From Cetorhinus maximus (lineage: Eukaryota), in the NCBI RefSeq assembly GCF_964194155.1, contig NC_135893.1:25730001-25794000 (forward strand): a stretch of 64,000 nucleotides of DNA. Reading direction: 5' to 3'. The notes under the pieces were generated by a model. The model did no database searches. It was not told the origin of the DNA and saw nothing but the letters and a program-made list of their open reading frames with translations. This document shows positions 61,590-64,000 of this stretch, piece by piece. The position numbers and the translations under genes are program-made. The first letter of the stretch is position 1, and every line of letters begins with the position of its first letter.

Positions 61590-62286
61590 AAATGGAATTC
61601 TGCCCAGAGGAGTGTGTGGTGATGTATTTAGGGAGGTAATACAACACGAAGGATTACACAATAAATGGGAGGATACTGAGAGGTGTAGAGGAAATGAGGG
61701 ACCTTGGAGTGAATATCTACAGATCCCTGATGGAAGAGCAGAGAGGTTATGCTGGAACTATATAAAACATCAGTTGGGCCACAAGTTCTGAGTACTGTGT
61801 GCCACATTACCAAAATGACCCAATTACAGAATTGCATTAAAGAGGGTACAGAGGAGTTTTACAAGGATGTTGTCAGGACTGGAAAATTGCATCTATGACA
61901 CAAAGTTGGATAGGCCAGGATGTTCTCCTGGAACATAAGAAGGCTGAGAGGAGATTTGATTGAGATGTACAAAATTAAAGCAGCCTAGTTACTTTAGCAG
62001 AGAGGCCACTGACTAGGGGACACAGATTTAAAGTGATTAGAGGGGAGGTGAGGAAAACTGTGTTCACCCAGAGAGTTGTGGGGTCTGGAACACTCTGCCT
62101 GAAAGGATAATAGAGGCAGAAATTCTCAACTCGTATCTGGATATGCATCTCAATTGCTGTAACCTGCAGGGCTATGGACCAAATGCTGGAAAATGGGATT
62201 TGGCTGGGTGACTTGTTTAGTGGCCGGTGCAGACACAATGGGCCAAATGGCCTCCTCCTGTGTTGTAAACTTGCTATGATTCTATG
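61590..62286 (+). mobile_element. CR1 LINE 3' fragment
   Basis: Decayed ORF2 C-terminus and CTATGATTCTATG tail. Further CR1 pieces at about 29030-29290, 31150-31650, 33060-33520, 36600-37060(-), 45540-45710, 46350-46575, 62990-63270(-) and 63340-63710. Confidence 0.8.
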
Positions 62287-64000
62287 GAAAATGTTAAACT
62301 CTGCTCAGTATTTGCCATATCGGATACTAAAGAAACCTGGTGCCACTCAGTCAGAAAATGAGATGACAGTACGTTTCTTATCTCAAACACCTATTCCTGA
62401 GATCTTTGTCCTCCAATTCTGAATCCTTGTGCATCTCACTGGCAGCCGTGCATTCAACCGTTGGAGCCTTAAGGTCTGGAATTCCCTCTCGGCCGCTCTT
62501 GCTTCCTTAAGACATTCATTAAAACTTATCCCTTTCACTAATCATTCGGTCTCCTGTCCGAATACTATATTTCCTTCATGAGCTGAGCATCAGATTTCTT
62601 TTTTTGAAGTCTGGTTATGTTACTTTGAAACCCCTTTGGACATTTTACAAGTTAATGGTGCAGTATAAATGTAAGTTGTTTTCGTAAACCAAATGAAACA
62701 TCTGCACGTTTTCAATGATGAAACCATTTTCAAACCTAGGACAATAGAAATGCCTCAAACTGCTTCTCTTCCTCAGTGGGTAAATGCACCATCTAATATG
62801 GTGTTGATCTGTTGCAGCAATAAGCAATGTGAACTCAAAAGCTCCCAAGTTCGATTTACCCCTCCCCCCACCCACCGCCCCACCAACTGTCCCTTGTTAG
62901 CTCGGGGGGGGGACAGTGGGGTTACTATCATTAATTGCTCTCGGTATCTGAACTATAGCAGGGGAAAATCGATTAGTGTGCTACCAGAATCATAGAGTCA
63001 TAGAACTATTCAGCCCCTCGTGGCTCCACCAGCTCTCTGAATGAACAGCTCACCTAGTGCCATTCCCCTGCCTTCTCTCTGTAACCCTGCACATCCTTCC
63101 TTTTCAGATAGCATTCAAAAGGGAATTAGACTCTTTTTCGATTGAACCTGCCTCCACCACACTCAGGCAGTGCATTCCAGACCCCAAGCACTCGCTGTGT
63201 GAAAACATTTTTCCCAACATCACTTTTTTTGCTTCTTTTTACCAATTACTTTTTAAATCTGTGCCCTCTCGTTCCTGGTATGATTGCTTCTCAATGCAGG
63301 ACTTCCGTTACATGGAGAACAACCCCAGCTTCTCTCTTTTCTCAGCACAGAGACGTTAAAGGGAGATTTAATAGAGATGCTCAAAACGATGAGAGGTTTT
63401 GACAGGGTCGATGGGGAGAAACTGTTTCCACTGGCAGAAGGGTCAAGAACCAGAGGATGAAATTTAAGATAATTGGCAAAAAATGCAGGGGTTAATGGGG
63501 AGAAATCTTTTTTCTTTACTCAACTAATCTGGAATGTACTGCCTTTTTAATAGTCACTTTCAAAAGGGGATTGGAAAAAATATTTGAAAAGGGGGAAAAA
63601 TGTAGGGGTCGTGGGGAACAAGAAAGAGATTGGGACTAATTGGATAGTTCTTTCAAAGAGCTGGCACAGATACAATGGGCTGAATGGGCTAACCCTTCTG
63701 TGCTGTGTGGTTCCTGGGCCTGATCGGTATCTAACAATCCCTGCTGGAATGTACACTGCTGAGGATGGGTTTGGGTTGCCTGTCATGCTCCTGTGGTTGA
63801 ACAGCTTGTCCCTGGGCCGGTTAAGTGAAGAAGGGCCCTGTGGTTGAGATACTGAAAGGTTGGTATTGGCTGAAAAAAATGTCTCTCCAAAATGAGTGGA
63901 GTGAGGAGGGAAGATTGGGAGTGAGGAGTTATTGCTGGAGGGTAGGCTCGGTTCCTCTCAGTTGCGTGCTGGAATTATCTTTGCGCTGAAAGTGGTCCCC

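Overview
Vertebrate genomic DNA; the repeat repertoire (DeuSINE/SacSINE-type SINEs, CR1/HER1-type LINEs, Penelope-like elements) suggests a cartilaginous fish (inference). The window holds the gene block found at human 1p36. On the minus strand are a complete 4-exon CFAP107/C1orf158 (190 aa) and a complete 4-exon AADACL3/4-type esterase (416 aa, intact triad). On the plus strand is the divergently transcribed first coding exon of DHRS3, whose intron 1 runs off the window. Exon boundaries were read by hand from GT/AG sites with consistent phases. The most notable extra observations are: (i) a degenerate two-exon TMEM151-like remnant at 5.3-7.5 kb; (ii) perfect DR5 retinoic-acid response elements in DHRS3 intron 1 and two DR1 elements upstream; (iii) an abutting forkhead + RFX X-box in the CFAP107 promoter; (iv) a young, 5'-truncated Penelope-like insertion with a 14-bp TSD and minimal hammerhead motifs, nested in a decayed Gypsy LTR element that itself splits a SINE; (v) a TIR element built from a chain of hairpins whose stems co-vary between copies; (vi) a U2 snRNA fragment; (vii) a 2-kb purine-rich minisatellite that produces spurious 700-aa ORFs. 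Family assignments rest on recalled motifs, not database searches.
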